Source of the DNA: a candidate division TM6 bacterium GW2011_GWF2_28_16
GTDB taxonomy: Bacteria > Patescibacteriota > Microgenomatia > UBA1400 > PJMF01
DNA: 64,000 nucleotides
Assembly (NCBI GenBank): GCA_001029715.1
Contig: CP011212.1
Location: 131,407 to 195,406, forward strand
Reading direction: 5' to 3'
Part shown: positions 20,408 through 29,759 of the stretch, one piece after another
Numbering within the stretch: the stretch's first letter is position 1
How the letters are laid out: each line of letters begins with the position of its first letter
Notes under the pieces: model-generated
Databases searched by the model: none
What the model saw: the letters and a program-made list of their open reading frames with translations, nothing else
What the model was told of the DNA's origin: nothing
Position numbers and translations under genes: made by a program

Positions 20408-22588
20408 ATGAAAGTAAAAAATACTCTCCCCAAAATAAAAATGAAATTCATTGACAGAAAACTGTCTAAGGGCTTGGGGGAGGCAGTAGCCAAGCGTACA
20501 ATTTTGCGTACTAAGGCTGATGGCGAATTAGAAACTTGGGCTGATGTGGCTCATCGTGTGGCTCTTGGTAATTCCTCTTTATTGCCTAAGAAATTTGAAA
20601 AAGATCGTCAAAGTGAATATGAAATTTTGCGCAAACATATTTCTAATGCTTCATTGTTAATGAGTGGTCGCCATCTACAGCATGGTGACGAAACTCAACC
20701 GGGTCGCAACATGGAAGTTTTCACCAACTGCAGCACTGCTTCATCTTCTTTTCTTCTGTTTTATTTACTGCTAAATGGTTCCGGTGTTGGTCGTGCTTAT
20801 GACGATGCTTTAATGGTGGTGGACTGGGACTACATGCCAATTATTCGTTGCGTACTAAGTGAAGATCACGGAGATTTTGTTTGGGGTGATGATGAGAGTG
20901 TCCGTGAAGCTCGTCATAAGTATGAGAATGCTCATTGGTTTGAAATTCCAGATACTAGAGAAGGTTGGGCTCAGGCAGTCGAAAAGATTGAAGAAATGGC
21001 TCATGAGCGCAAATTCAAGAATGATACTTTGATTTTGGATTTTACTAAAGTTCGGCCAAAAGGCTCACCAATTGGTGGTATGCAGGGACGTCCTGCTTCT
21101 GGTCCTCGTCCTTTAATTAAAGCTATTCAGAAACTAGCGACCATCAAAGGTTCAGGCATGAAACCTTGGAAACAAGCTCTTTATGCCGATCACTATTTAT
21201 CTGAATGTGTTCTAGTAGGTGGCGCGCGCCGTGCTGCTCGTATTGCAGTTAAAACTTGGACCGATCCGGATATTTTTGAGTTTATTAGTATCAAAAAAGG
21301 TGGCTTTTTATGGTCAGCTAATAACAGCGTAGCCGTTGATGAGAAATTTTGGAAACAGCGTAGTTTACACTCCATGAAGGTTTTGGATGCTGTAATGCGT
21401 GCTTCTTATTTTGATAAAACTGGCGAGCCAGGTTTTGTGAATCAACATAAATTAGTCCAAAACGATGACGGTTTTGATGGTTATCTTGATGGCAAATATG
21501 CTCAAAGCAAAAAATTTATGCCAATGAAAAAAACAATCAAGATGTTGGCTGAAGTGGCAAAGCATGCTGGAGCAAAATATTACACTCAAATTCCAAATCC
21601 CTGTGGTGAGATTACTTTAAATATGCTGGGTGGTTACTGTGTAATTGCTGATGTGGTACCTTATCATGCTCCTGATGTTGACAGCGCAGAAGAGGCTTTC
21701 CGTGCAGCTACTCGTGCTTTGATGAGAGTTAATACTTACATGGATAGTTTGTATTCTCGCGAGGTTAAAAGAACTAATCGTATTGGTGTTGGCATGACTG
21801 GTATTCATGAATATGCTTGGAATGCTTTTGGTTTAGCTTTCCGCGATCTGATTGATGAAGAAAAGGCCAAAGATTTTTGGATGACCATTGCTCGTTTTAA
21901 ACGCGCCGTCGAAGAAGAATCAGTTAGCTATGCCAAGAAAATTGGTGCGACCGTGCCTCATACTAATACGACTATCAAACCAGCTGGCACAACCTCTAAG
22001 CTTTTTAGTCTTTCTGAGGGTGCTCATTTGCCAGCCATGCGCGAATATATCCGCTGGGTACAATTTCGCGAAGATGATCCTTTGGTTAATAAATATAAAA
22101 AAATGGGTTATCCAATCAAAGAACTCAAGAGTTATCAAGGCACTACCGCAATTGGTTTCCCAACTCAGCCAGAAATTTGTCGTTTGGGCATGAATAATAA
22201 ACTAGTGACTGCTAGCGAAGCAACTCCTGAAGAGCAATACAAATGGTTAATGTTGATAGAAAAATATTGGATTGTGGGTGTTGATGAGAATGGTAAGTCT
22301 TTAGCAGAAGATAAGGGTAACCAGGTTTCTTACACTCTTAAATATGATCCAGAGCAAGTTTCTTATCGTAAATTTTCAAGTATGATTCGCAAATATCAGC
22401 CAATGATTAAAACTTGTAGTGTTATGCCTAAGATTGATGTGACTGCTTATGAATATCAACCCGAAGAAGCAGTGACCATTGGTCAGTTTATGCAGGTGAT
22501 CAATGAAATTAGTGATGATGAGGCTGGCGTGACCGAGGATATTAGTATGGAGCATCTAAAGTGTGACAGCGGTGCTTGTCCTATTTAA
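20408..22588 (+). CDS. nrdJ: Class II (adenosylcobalamin-dependent) ribonucleotide reductase, monomeric RTPR-like
   Basis: FTNC, VRPKGSPIGGMQGRPASGP, VGGARRAA, NPCGEI, RIGVGMTG, TTIKPAGT, C-terminal CDSGACPI; no beta subunit nearby; follows nrdR. Confidence 0.88.
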   Translation: MKVKNTLPKIKMKFIDRKLSKGLGEAVAKRTILRTKADGELETWADVAHRVALGNSSLLPKKFEKDRQSEYEILRKHISNASLLMSGRHLQHGDETQPGRNMEVFTNCSTASSSFLLFYLLLNGSGVGRAYDDALMVVDWDYMPIIRCVLSEDHGDFVWGDDESVREARHKYENAHWFEIPDTREGWAQAVEKIEEMAHERKFKNDTLILDFTKVRPKGSPIGGMQGRPASGPRPLIKAIQKLATIKGSGMKPWKQALYADHYLSECVLVGGARRAARIAVKTWTDPDIFEFISIKKGGFLWSANNSVAVDEKFWKQRSLHSMKVLDAVMRASYFDKTGEPGFVNQHKLVQNDDGFDGYLDGKYAQSKKFMPMKKTIKMLAEVAKHAGAKYYTQIPNPCGEITLNMLGGYCVIADVVPYHAPDVDSAEEAFRAATRALMRVNTYMDSLYSREVKRTNRIGVGMTGIHEYAWNAFGLAFRDLIDEEKAKDFWMTIARFKRAVEEESVSYAKKIGATVPHTNTTIKPAGTTSKLFSLSEGAHLPAMREYIRWVQFREDDPLVNKYKKMGYPIKELKSYQGTTAIGFPTQPEICRLGMNNKLVTASEATPEEQYKWLMLIEKYWIVGVDENGKSLAEDKGNQVSYTLKYDPEQVSYRKFSSMIRKYQPMIKTCSVMPKIDVTAYEYQPEEAVTIGQFMQVINEISDDEAGVTEDISMEHLKCDSGACPI

Positions 22589-22679
22589 TTCGATCAATCT
22601 TTGCACGAGCTTTACTTTTAGTGGAACGTGATTAATTTAACACTTTATGTTTGTATTTCCATGCTAAAATAACGCCACT

Positions 22680-25133
22680 GTGGCTACTAAAAGAAAATAT
22701 AAAATTCTTAAAAAAAATAAATCAAAACAAGAAAAAAATGTTTTAGTAGTCAATCAGCCAGTTAAAAAGTTAAAAGAAATTAAGCGAGGTCGCCCGAAAT
22801 TAGCATTTCACATTAAGTGTCAAAGAACAGTCAAGAAATATTTTCTTAGCATTGATAAAAAAATAAATAAATCAATAAAAAAATTGAATTATCAATATAT
22901 TTCAATTTTAAAATTTCTGAAAATAAAGAAAGGTCGTGGTCGAAAGAAATTAGCATTTTATATTAAATGGCAGCGATTAGTTTTAGACAATCACGAAACT
23001 TTTTTAAAAAATAAAAATAGATTTATCAAAAAATATCATTTTAGAAAACAGCAAGTTCTAAAATTTTTTCATTTAAATAAAAGAGTTGGTAGACCAAAAA
23101 ATAAAGTGCTTCGTTTTACTTATTTTTTCTCTATTTTTCTAACAATTTGTTTTTTAGCTTTTACTTATTTTAGTTATGATATAGCAATTAAAGATTTACC
23201 ATCACCAACAGATTTATCTAATAAAGAACAAAATGTAACTACTAGAATTTTGGATAGAGATGGCAATCTTCTTTACCGAATTTATGAGGATGAAAATCGT
23301 ACTTTAGTTTCTTTACCAATGGTTTCGCAATATCTCAAAGATGCCACTGTTGCTATTGAGGATCAACAGTTCTACAAACACTTTGGCTTTTCTTTTAAAG
23401 GTATTTTCAGAGCTTTGCTTAAAAATTTTTCTGGAGAAACAGTCCAAGGTGGCTCAACTATTACTCAACAATTAATTAAGAATCGTTTGCTTAACAATGA
23501 AAAAACTTACCGTCGCAAAATTCGTGAGCTACTTTTATCACTTATCGCGGAACGTATTTATAGTAAAGATCAAATTCTAGAGATGTATCTAAACACCGTG
23601 GCTTATGGTGGCTCTACTTATGGAATTGAGGAAGCTTCGTGGCGATATTTTAATAAATCCTCTGCGAATTTAAGTTTGGGTGAAGCAGCTTTATTGGCTG
23701 GTTTGCCACAAGCGCCTTCAACTTACACCCCTTTTGGTTCTAATCCAGAGTTGGCTTACACCAGACAGGCAGAGGTTCTGCGTCGTATGGTCGAAGATGG
23801 TTATATTAGTCAACTGCAGGCTGATCAAGCAAAACAAGAAAAATTAGTTTTTAATCAAGATAGAATTGATATTCAAGCTCCTCACTTTGTGATGTATGTA
23901 CGCAAACTTTTGGCAGAGAAGTATGGTGAGGATGTGCTTTCTAAAGGTGGTTTAGAAGTTAGAACTACTCTTGATTTGTCATTGCAAAACCAAGCTCAAA
24001 CAATTGTTAGTAATGAAATTTCCAAACTAACATCTTTCCAGATCAGCAATGGAGCAGCTCTAGTTACTAATCCTAAAACTGGAGAAATTTTAGCGATGGT
24101 AGGAGGAGCAGATTATTATGATTTTATTCACGATGGACAAGTTAATGTGACTATTAGACCACGCCAACCAGGTTCTTCAATTAAACCCTTAACTTATGCA
24201 ACTGCTTTTGAACAAGGTAAAACTGCTGCTTCAACTATTGAGGACTCGCCAGTAATTTACCAAATTCCTGGCAGTAAGCCTTATGCTCCTAAAAACTATG
24301 ATGGTAAATTTCATGGTAAAGTAACTTTGAGAGATGCTTTGGCTTCTTCTTATAATATTCCAGCAGTTAAGCTTTTGGCTGAGCTAGGCGTTAAAAATCT
24401 TATTGATAAAGGTGAAGCTTTGGGAATTAGTACTTGGCAGGATCGCAGTCGTTTTGGTCTATCTCTAACTCTTGGAGCTGGAGAAGTTTTGATGACCGAC
24501 ATGGCTGAACTTTACAGTAGCTTTGCTAACCTTGGCTATCCGGTTTCAGTTAATCCATTTTTGGAAATTTCCAACTATAAAGGAGAAATACTTTATCGCA
24601 ATAGTTGTGCTTTGGATAGTGATAATTGCTATGAGGATTTAGAACTTAGTCCAAAAGCTGCTTATCTAGTTACTGACATTTTATCTGATAATAAAGCGCG
24701 TTCTGCTGCTTTTGGAGCGTTTTCAGTGCTGAACATTCCTTTGCAGCAAGTAGCGGTCAAAACAGGCACCACTAACAGCATGAAAGACAACTGGACGATT
24801 GGTTATATCAGCGACCGCTTAGTGGCTACTTGGGTAGGCAATAATGATAACACCCCAATGAGCTATGTCGCTTCTGGTATTACTGGAGCTTCACCGATTT
24901 GGAATAAAATTATGCTGCTTTTATTAGATGACAAGAGCCCGCATAAATTTGCTGTGCCAGAAAATATGATTAAGGTTAAAATCTGTGCCAGTACCGGTAC
25001 TTTGCCATGTAGTGCTTGCCCTAGGATTAGTGAAGAGATTTTTGTTAAGGGCACGGAGCCACAAAAGGCTTGTAACGATCAGTATTTCATTGATCTTAAA
25101 ACTGCAGAAAATTCAGTTGGACAAGTTTTATAA
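22680..25133 (+). CDS. Class A penicillin-binding protein with long basic repetitive N-terminus
   Basis: EDQQFYKHFG, GGSTITQQLIKN, RQPGSSIKP, SYN, KTGTT. Confidence 0.95.
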   Translation: MATKRKYKILKKNKSKQEKNVLVVNQPVKKLKEIKRGRPKLAFHIKCQRTVKKYFLSIDKKINKSIKKLNYQYISILKFLKIKKGRGRKKLAFYIKWQRLVLDNHETFLKNKNRFIKKYHFRKQQVLKFFHLNKRVGRPKNKVLRFTYFFSIFLTICFLAFTYFSYDIAIKDLPSPTDLSNKEQNVTTRILDRDGNLLYRIYEDENRTLVSLPMVSQYLKDATVAIEDQQFYKHFGFSFKGIFRALLKNFSGETVQGGSTITQQLIKNRLLNNEKTYRRKIRELLLSLIAERIYSKDQILEMYLNTVAYGGSTYGIEEASWRYFNKSSANLSLGEAALLAGLPQAPSTYTPFGSNPELAYTRQAEVLRRMVEDGYISQLQADQAKQEKLVFNQDRIDIQAPHFVMYVRKLLAEKYGEDVLSKGGLEVRTTLDLSLQNQAQTIVSNEISKLTSFQISNGAALVTNPKTGEILAMVGGADYYDFIHDGQVNVTIRPRQPGSSIKPLTYATAFEQGKTAASTIEDSPVIYQIPGSKPYAPKNYDGKFHGKVTLRDALASSYNIPAVKLLAELGVKNLIDKGEALGISTWQDRSRFGLSLTLGAGEVLMTDMAELYSSFANLGYPVSVNPFLEISNYKGEILYRNSCALDSDNCYEDLELSPKAAYLVTDILSDNKARSAAFGAFSVLNIPLQQVAVKTGTTNSMKDNWTIGYISDRLVATWVGNNDNTPMSYVASGITGASPIWNKIMLLLLDDKSPHKFAVPENMIKVKICASTGTLPCSACPRISEEIFVKGTEPQKACNDQYFIDLKTAENSVGQVL

Positions 25134-25141
25134 AGTTTTTA

Positions 25142-25348
25142 TTAATTAAAAATTATAGAAACAAGAAAACCTAGTAAGAGAGTAATAATAAGCAAAAGTG
25201 GTGCCACCCATCTCTGACTCAATTCTTCTTTTTCAGTTTTATTTTGTCGTTTTTTGCTTTGTTTGGCTAGATAAGCTTTTTCAATACGCTCTGTATTTTT
25301 AGCGACATCTCTAATTAGTTCTGGATCTTGTTGGTAATTTTTCCCCAT
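25142..25348 (-). CDS. Small C-terminally anchored hypothetical protein
   Basis: 68 aa, charged N-terminus, C-terminal TM; starts 2 nt after the cmk stop. Confidence 0.6.
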   Translation of the reverse strand: MGKNYQQDPELIRDVAKNTERIEKAYLAKQSKKRQNKTEKEELSQRWVAPLLLIITLLLGFLVSIIFN

Positions 25349-25350
25349 TT

Positions 25351-26046
25351 TTAATCTCTGAGCTCATCAACTCTTTTAGCAATTAAGTCGACTACTTCGT
25401 CAATTTCTAGTTTGCTGGTGTCCACGAGCCAAGCCTCAGGAACAACTTGCAGTGGATCGTTTGTTCTATTACTATCTCTCAAATCTCTTTCTTTTATTTC
25501 TTTGGTTACTTCTTCAATAGAAGTATTTGTTCCTTTAATTAGGTATTGAGTATGTCTTCTTGCAACTCTAGCTTCAATGCTGGCAGTTAAAAATATTTTT
25601 AAATTTGCATCTGGAAGGACACGGAAAGTGATGTCTCTACCTTCCATAACTACATTTTGTTTAGTAGCTATTTCTTGTTGTTTCTTGACAAGTACTTTTC
25701 TTAGTTTTTTCAAAACTGCCACTTTGGAAGATCCTTCGCTGCATTTTTGAGTACGAATAGCCCAAGAAACATCTTCACCATCTAAAATGACCGTGGTTAA
25801 TCGACCATCAGTTTCTTTTGGAGGGAGTGGGTTTCTCATTTCTAGTTTACTTTTTTCGAGCAAAGCAACAACCTTATCTTCTTCACTAAAATCAACTCCG
25901 TTTCTAATGGCTAGTAGGGCGGCAACTCGATACATAGCTCCAGTGTCGACGTAAAGAAAACCTAACTTTTGAGCAAGTAGGCGAGAAACGGTCCCTTTGC
26001 CAGCAGCAACTGGACCATCGATAGCAATTTGAAAAAAATCACTCAT
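25351..26046 (-). CDS. cmk: Cytidylate kinase (bacterial type)
   Basis: IAIDGPVAAGKGT, DTGAMYR, VMEGRDI, RDLRDSNR. Confidence 0.95.
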   Translation of the reverse strand: MSDFFQIAIDGPVAAGKGTVSRLLAQKLGFLYVDTGAMYRVAALLAIRNGVDFSEEDKVVALLEKSKLEMRNPLPPKETDGRLTTVILDGEDVSWAIRTQKCSEGSSKVAVLKKLRKVLVKKQQEIATKQNVVMEGRDITFRVLPDANLKIFLTASIEARVARRHTQYLIKGTNTSIEEVTKEIKERDLRDSNRTNDPLQVVPEAWLVDTSKLEIDEVVDLIAKRVDELRD

Positions 26047-26048
26047 GA

Positions 26049-26279
26049 TTATTTTCTAGAGGTTTTTTTCTTTTTACTGTCAGTTTTTTTAACTTTTGGC
26101 TTTTTTATTTCAGTTAGCCATTCTTCTCTGTCAGAGGTAATTAGACCACCTAGTCCAACTACTACTAAGATAAGAGGCCATAGATTCCAAAAGGCTTTTG
26201 GCAAATAACCAAGATTGGAAGCCATAAAGATGAGTCCCATAATTACTAGAGTGATTGGCCAAAAAGTTCGTTTAGGCAT
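26049..26279 (-). CDS. Small two-TM protein (LiaF-TM/DUF5668-like)
   Basis: FWPITLVIMG...NLG...WNLWPLILVVVG. Confidence 0.65.
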   Translation of the reverse strand: MPKRTFWPITLVIMGLIFMASNLGYLPKAFWNLWPLILVVVGLGGLITSDREEWLTEIKKPKVKKTDSKKKKTSRK

Positions 26280-26321
26280 TTTTGATTTTCCTTATAGTTT
26301 AATTAAAGCGTAAATTTATTC

Positions 26322-26771
26322 TTAGGACAAGTGTACTTTTTTGTTTTCGCTGTCTAATTCTCTTTTCAAATCTCTTTTTTTAATTGTTTCTCTTTTTTCA
26401 AACTCTTTTTTACCTTTAGCTAAAGCGAGTTCCAATTTAATTCTGTTGTGAGAAATAAAGAAAGTGAGAGGAACAATGGCAAAGCCTTTTTGTTTACTAG
26501 CTTCGACAAGCGCTTCTACTTCACTTTTTTTAAGCAACAGTTTGCGAGATCTTTTTGGATCGTAATCTTCTTGTTTCGCAAAAGAGTAGGCGTTAATTTG
26601 TGAGTTGATGAGAAAAAGCTCGCCTCCAATTTCCTTGATGTAGCTGCCATTTAGACTAGCTTGTTTAAGACGAAGACTTTTGACTTCGCTCCCACTTAAA
26701 ACAAGACCAGCAATAAATTTTTTGCTGATGGTGTATTCGTACTGGGCTTTTTTATTAAAAACGAGTGACAT
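26322..26771 (-). CDS. smpB: SsrA-binding protein SmpB
   Basis: NKKA..EY, AGLVLSGSEVKSLR, RKLLL, GKKEFEKRETIKKRD. Confidence 0.97.
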   Translation of the reverse strand: MSLVFNKKAQYEYTISKKFIAGLVLSGSEVKSLRLKQASLNGSYIKEIGGELFLINSQINAYSFAKQEDYDPKRSRKLLLKKSEVEALVEASKQKGFAIVPLTFFISHNRIKLELALAKGKKEFEKRETIKKRDLKRELDSENKKVHLS

Positions 26772-26799
26772 TTATAAGCTTCATTTTAGCATTGAAGGC

Positions 26800-28590
26800 T
26801 TAGATTTCTACTTCATAAATCACTGAGCCACTCACGGCGTAGATTTTTGTGCCATCTTCGTTAAAAGCGATACTGCTCACTCCAGCCAATTCATTACTTT
26901 TAATTTCGCTGATTAATTGACCATCTTTGGTGAGAATTAATAATCTTTTGTTTTGTTTTTCTAAGATTGCCAAAGAATTAATTTGGTCATTAGCGCTGAG
27001 AATAATTTGGTTATTTGGCAAATTTTCTAAGCCTTTGATGGAAAATTCAGCAGTTGAGCCTTTAGTGAATTTAAGCAAATTGCCACTTTTAAAAGCCATC
27101 CACAAATCTCCATCTACTATTAGGTCGCTAACATTTTCAAAATTAATACCTTGTTTGTCAACCAACCAACCAATTGGCTCGCTCAATTCTTCATCTTTGT
27201 AATAGTAGCGATAAATGTTTCTTTTTTCTTTATTTAATAAGTATAGGTATGGGCCAAAACTAGACAAAAACTCGCCAGTTTTATCTGATTCGCCCTCTGC
27301 TTTTATTTCTCTGAAGCCACTCTCGGGTTTTGCCAAATCAAGAATTTTGATGCCATTACTTAGAACAAATAAATTGCCTTCACTAACAGTAAAATCTCTA
27401 ATTAGATCTGAGCCTTCTACTTTAATTCTCGATTGAGAATCGTCAGTTTTGATATGTAAAATTTCTTGACTATTATTTTCTAGGGCAAAAATTTCGCCAT
27501 TTTTGAATTCAATTTTGTTGGCTAAAAAATCATTTAAGTTGTAAGCAACGGAGAGTTGATCTAGAGAATTTTCTCCAGAAATTCTTTCAATTAATTGATT
27601 CAAGCGTTCAATTTCTGCATCAATTAGTTTAAGACTGTCTTTGTTATTTTTTTCTTGTTTTAGATTTTCCACCGCCTGTAAACTTTTTTGGGCATTCTCT
27701 CTAGCACTGATGGGTTGTTCAAGAAGCAATTGTTCAATATCATTTGTATTGCGACTAATTTCTGTGATTTGTTTTTCTATATTAGTGACAATTTTTTGAT
27801 TTTGATTTCTGCTAACCGTTGCCGTGGTGAAAATAATGGCAACAGCTCCACAAATTACAAGAAATGTAATTAGTAATTTCTTTTTATCTTGTTTTTTTAA
27901 TATGTAAATAATTTTATTTGAAAATTTTAGAATTTTTTTTAGAAAAACTGGAATTTTTTTAAGTAAATATTTTAATTGCCAAATCTTTAAAACAACTTTC
28001 TTGAAATCAAATTTTTCTTTTGCTACTTCGTCTTCTTGTTCAATGTAAGTTAAGAAAGCCAAGCTTGTTTCAAGATTGCCATTTTCTCCTTGTAAGAGAG
28101 TGCTGTCACTAATTAATTTTTCTAGACTGACTCCTTTTTCAAGCATTTCCATGACGAAGCTACTAATTAGACTTGAAGATTTGTTTATCAAGATAATTTG
28201 GTCATTTCCTTTGAAATTACCGGTCACAATCTTGACTTCTTTGTTGCTGGCTAGAATTTTTCTAGCTTGGTCATTTCTTTTAAGAATAACCTCTCCAGAA
28301 TAAGTGGCGAAAATTATGCCCTCTGTTTTTAATAGACTGAGAGAAAATTCTAAATCAAGTTTTTGTTCTCTGACAAAACTAAGTAAGTCTAGAATTTTTT
28401 GGTGGAGTTGTTCTGGATTTTCGATTTGCCAAGTTAAAAATTCAGCTGTTAGATCTTTGCAGAAGCCAGTCGCGTCTTGACCCTTAAGAGAGAAAGCGAT
28501 ACATAGCTGTTTATTTTGACTTGAAACGACTTCGCTACAGAAGTCTAAGCGAGGATGAGCTAAGATTGATACAAATTGAGCCTCTTTCAC
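26800..28590 (-). CDS. Membrane protein: degenerate PP2C-like N-domain, TM, coiled coil, beta-propeller C-domain
   Basis: Alpha/beta N-region, single TM near aa 240, helical stalk, YLYLL/VDGDLW/RLLIL blade-like repeats. Confidence 0.5.
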   Translation of the reverse strand: MKEAQFVSILAHPRLDFCSEVVSSQNKQLCIAFSLKGQDATGFCKDLTAEFLTWQIENPEQLHQKILDLLSFVREQKLDLEFSLSLLKTEGIIFATYSGEVILKRNDQARKILASNKEVKIVTGNFKGNDQIILINKSSSLISSFVMEMLEKGVSLEKLISDSTLLQGENGNLETSLAFLTYIEQEDEVAKEKFDFKKVVLKIWQLKYLLKKIPVFLKKILKFSNKIIYILKKQDKKKLLITFLVICGAVAIIFTTATVSRNQNQKIVTNIEKQITEISRNTNDIEQLLLEQPISARENAQKSLQAVENLKQEKNNKDSLKLIDAEIERLNQLIERISGENSLDQLSVAYNLNDFLANKIEFKNGEIFALENNSQEILHIKTDDSQSRIKVEGSDLIRDFTVSEGNLFVLSNGIKILDLAKPESGFREIKAEGESDKTGEFLSSFGPYLYLLNKEKRNIYRYYYKDEELSEPIGWLVDKQGINFENVSDLIVDGDLWMAFKSGNLLKFTKGSTAEFSIKGLENLPNNQIILSANDQINSLAILEKQNKRLLILTKDGQLISEIKSNELAGVSSIAFNEDGTKIYAVSGSVIYEVEI

Positions 28591-28613
28591 TGAGTCTATC
28601 TTAGCATAGCTTT

Positions 28614-29759
28614 TTAAATTCCCAAATTTGGTTTTCTGTCTAGATCGTTCTTTTTAGCATCATCTTTAGCAAACTCACCTCTAGCAAATTTAAAACTAGC
28701 CACTAAGCCAATCATGGCAGCATTGTCACCACAGAGTTTTTTGCTGTAAGGCACTTTGAGTTCAATTCTTTTGCCACTTAATTGTTGGTATTTACGTAAA
28801 AGTTTTCTAATTTTGCTACGCAAATTAGTATTGGCGGCTACGCCGCCTCCAAGCCAAATCTGTTCGATTTCGCTTGGTATAATTTGATCTTTATCTAGGT
28901 GTTTCATGAAGTTTCGATCAGGATAGAGGTGCTTACTAAGATCTGGACTAAATAGAATTCTTTCCAATTTGTAAATAATCTGCTCAAAAACAGCCTCCTG
29001 TAGTGCCAAAGCTAAATCATAGATTGCTTGTTTATCTAACTTCTTCTTTTTTTCTAGATCAGCAATCAAATTGCGAGCGGAAGTTTTTAGTCCTGAAAAG
29101 CTTAAATCAAAATTAGCCTGTGAGGTCATTGCTTTTGGAAAAGTAAACTTACTAAGATGACCTTTTTTAGCGAATTTTTCCATTAGTGGGCCAGCTGGAT
29201 AACCAAGATTTAATAGACGGCCAACTTTATCTAAACATTCGCCTGCCGCATCATCAATAGTTTGACCAAGTTTTTGGTAGTGGCCGATTTTGTCTATCAG
29301 AATAAATTCGCTGTGTCCGCCAGAAATAACTAATGCTAGGGCTGGCAGATTTTTTTCTAGTTCGGATTTTTTTTCGCCATTTTCGCCATTAGCAAGTGCT
29401 AGAGGTGAAAGGGCATGAGCCTCAATATGATTAACGGCGATCAGTTTTTTTCCGTATTTAAACGCCAACTCTTTAGCTTTTTCAATGCCAACTTCCAGTG
29501 CTGGAGCAAGACCTGGTCCCACGGTAACAGCAATCGCATCGATTTCCATCCAAGAAACTTTAGCTTGTTTCATCGCTAAATTAATGGCAGGATCAATGTT
29601 TTCTTTATGTGCTTGTTTTGCGAGAGTAGGAAAAACTCCACCATATTTTTTGTGAATTTGGTTTTGTGAAGCGACTATATTACTTAGCACAACTTTGCCC
29701 TCAACAATGGCGGCGCTACTATCATCACAGCTGGTATCAATGGCTAAAATTTTAGGCAT
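28614..29759 (-). CDS. tsaD: tRNA t6A threonylcarbamoyltransferase TsaD
   Basis: ILAIDTSCDD, GPGL, NHIEAH, SGGHS, DDAAGE, SFSGLK, GGVAAN, DNAAMI; start ATG 29759. Confidence 0.97.
   Translation of the reverse strand: MPKILAIDTSCDDSSAAIVEGKVVLSNIVASQNQIHKKYGGVFPTLAKQAHKENIDPAINLAMKQAKVSWMEIDAIAVTVGPGLAPALEVGIEKAKELAFKYGKKLIAVNHIEAHALSPLALANGENGEKKSELEKNLPALALVISGGHSEFILIDKIGHYQKLGQTIDDAAGECLDKVGRLLNLGYPAGPLMEKFAKKGHLSKFTFPKAMTSQANFDLSFSGLKTSARNLIADLEKKKKLDKQAIYDLALALQEAVFEQIIYKLERILFSPDLSKHLYPDRNFMKHLDKDQIIPSEIEQIWLGGGVAANTNLRSKIRKLLRKYQQLSGKRIELKVPYSKKLCGDNAAMIGLVASFKFARGEFAKDDAKKNDLDRKPNLGI

Noticed and set aside
22590-22640. Possible third copy of element A/B (contains CAATCTTT and TTTTAGTGGA)
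   Set aside because: The two matching words correspond to opposite strands of element B, and the 17-nt core and long closing stem are absent
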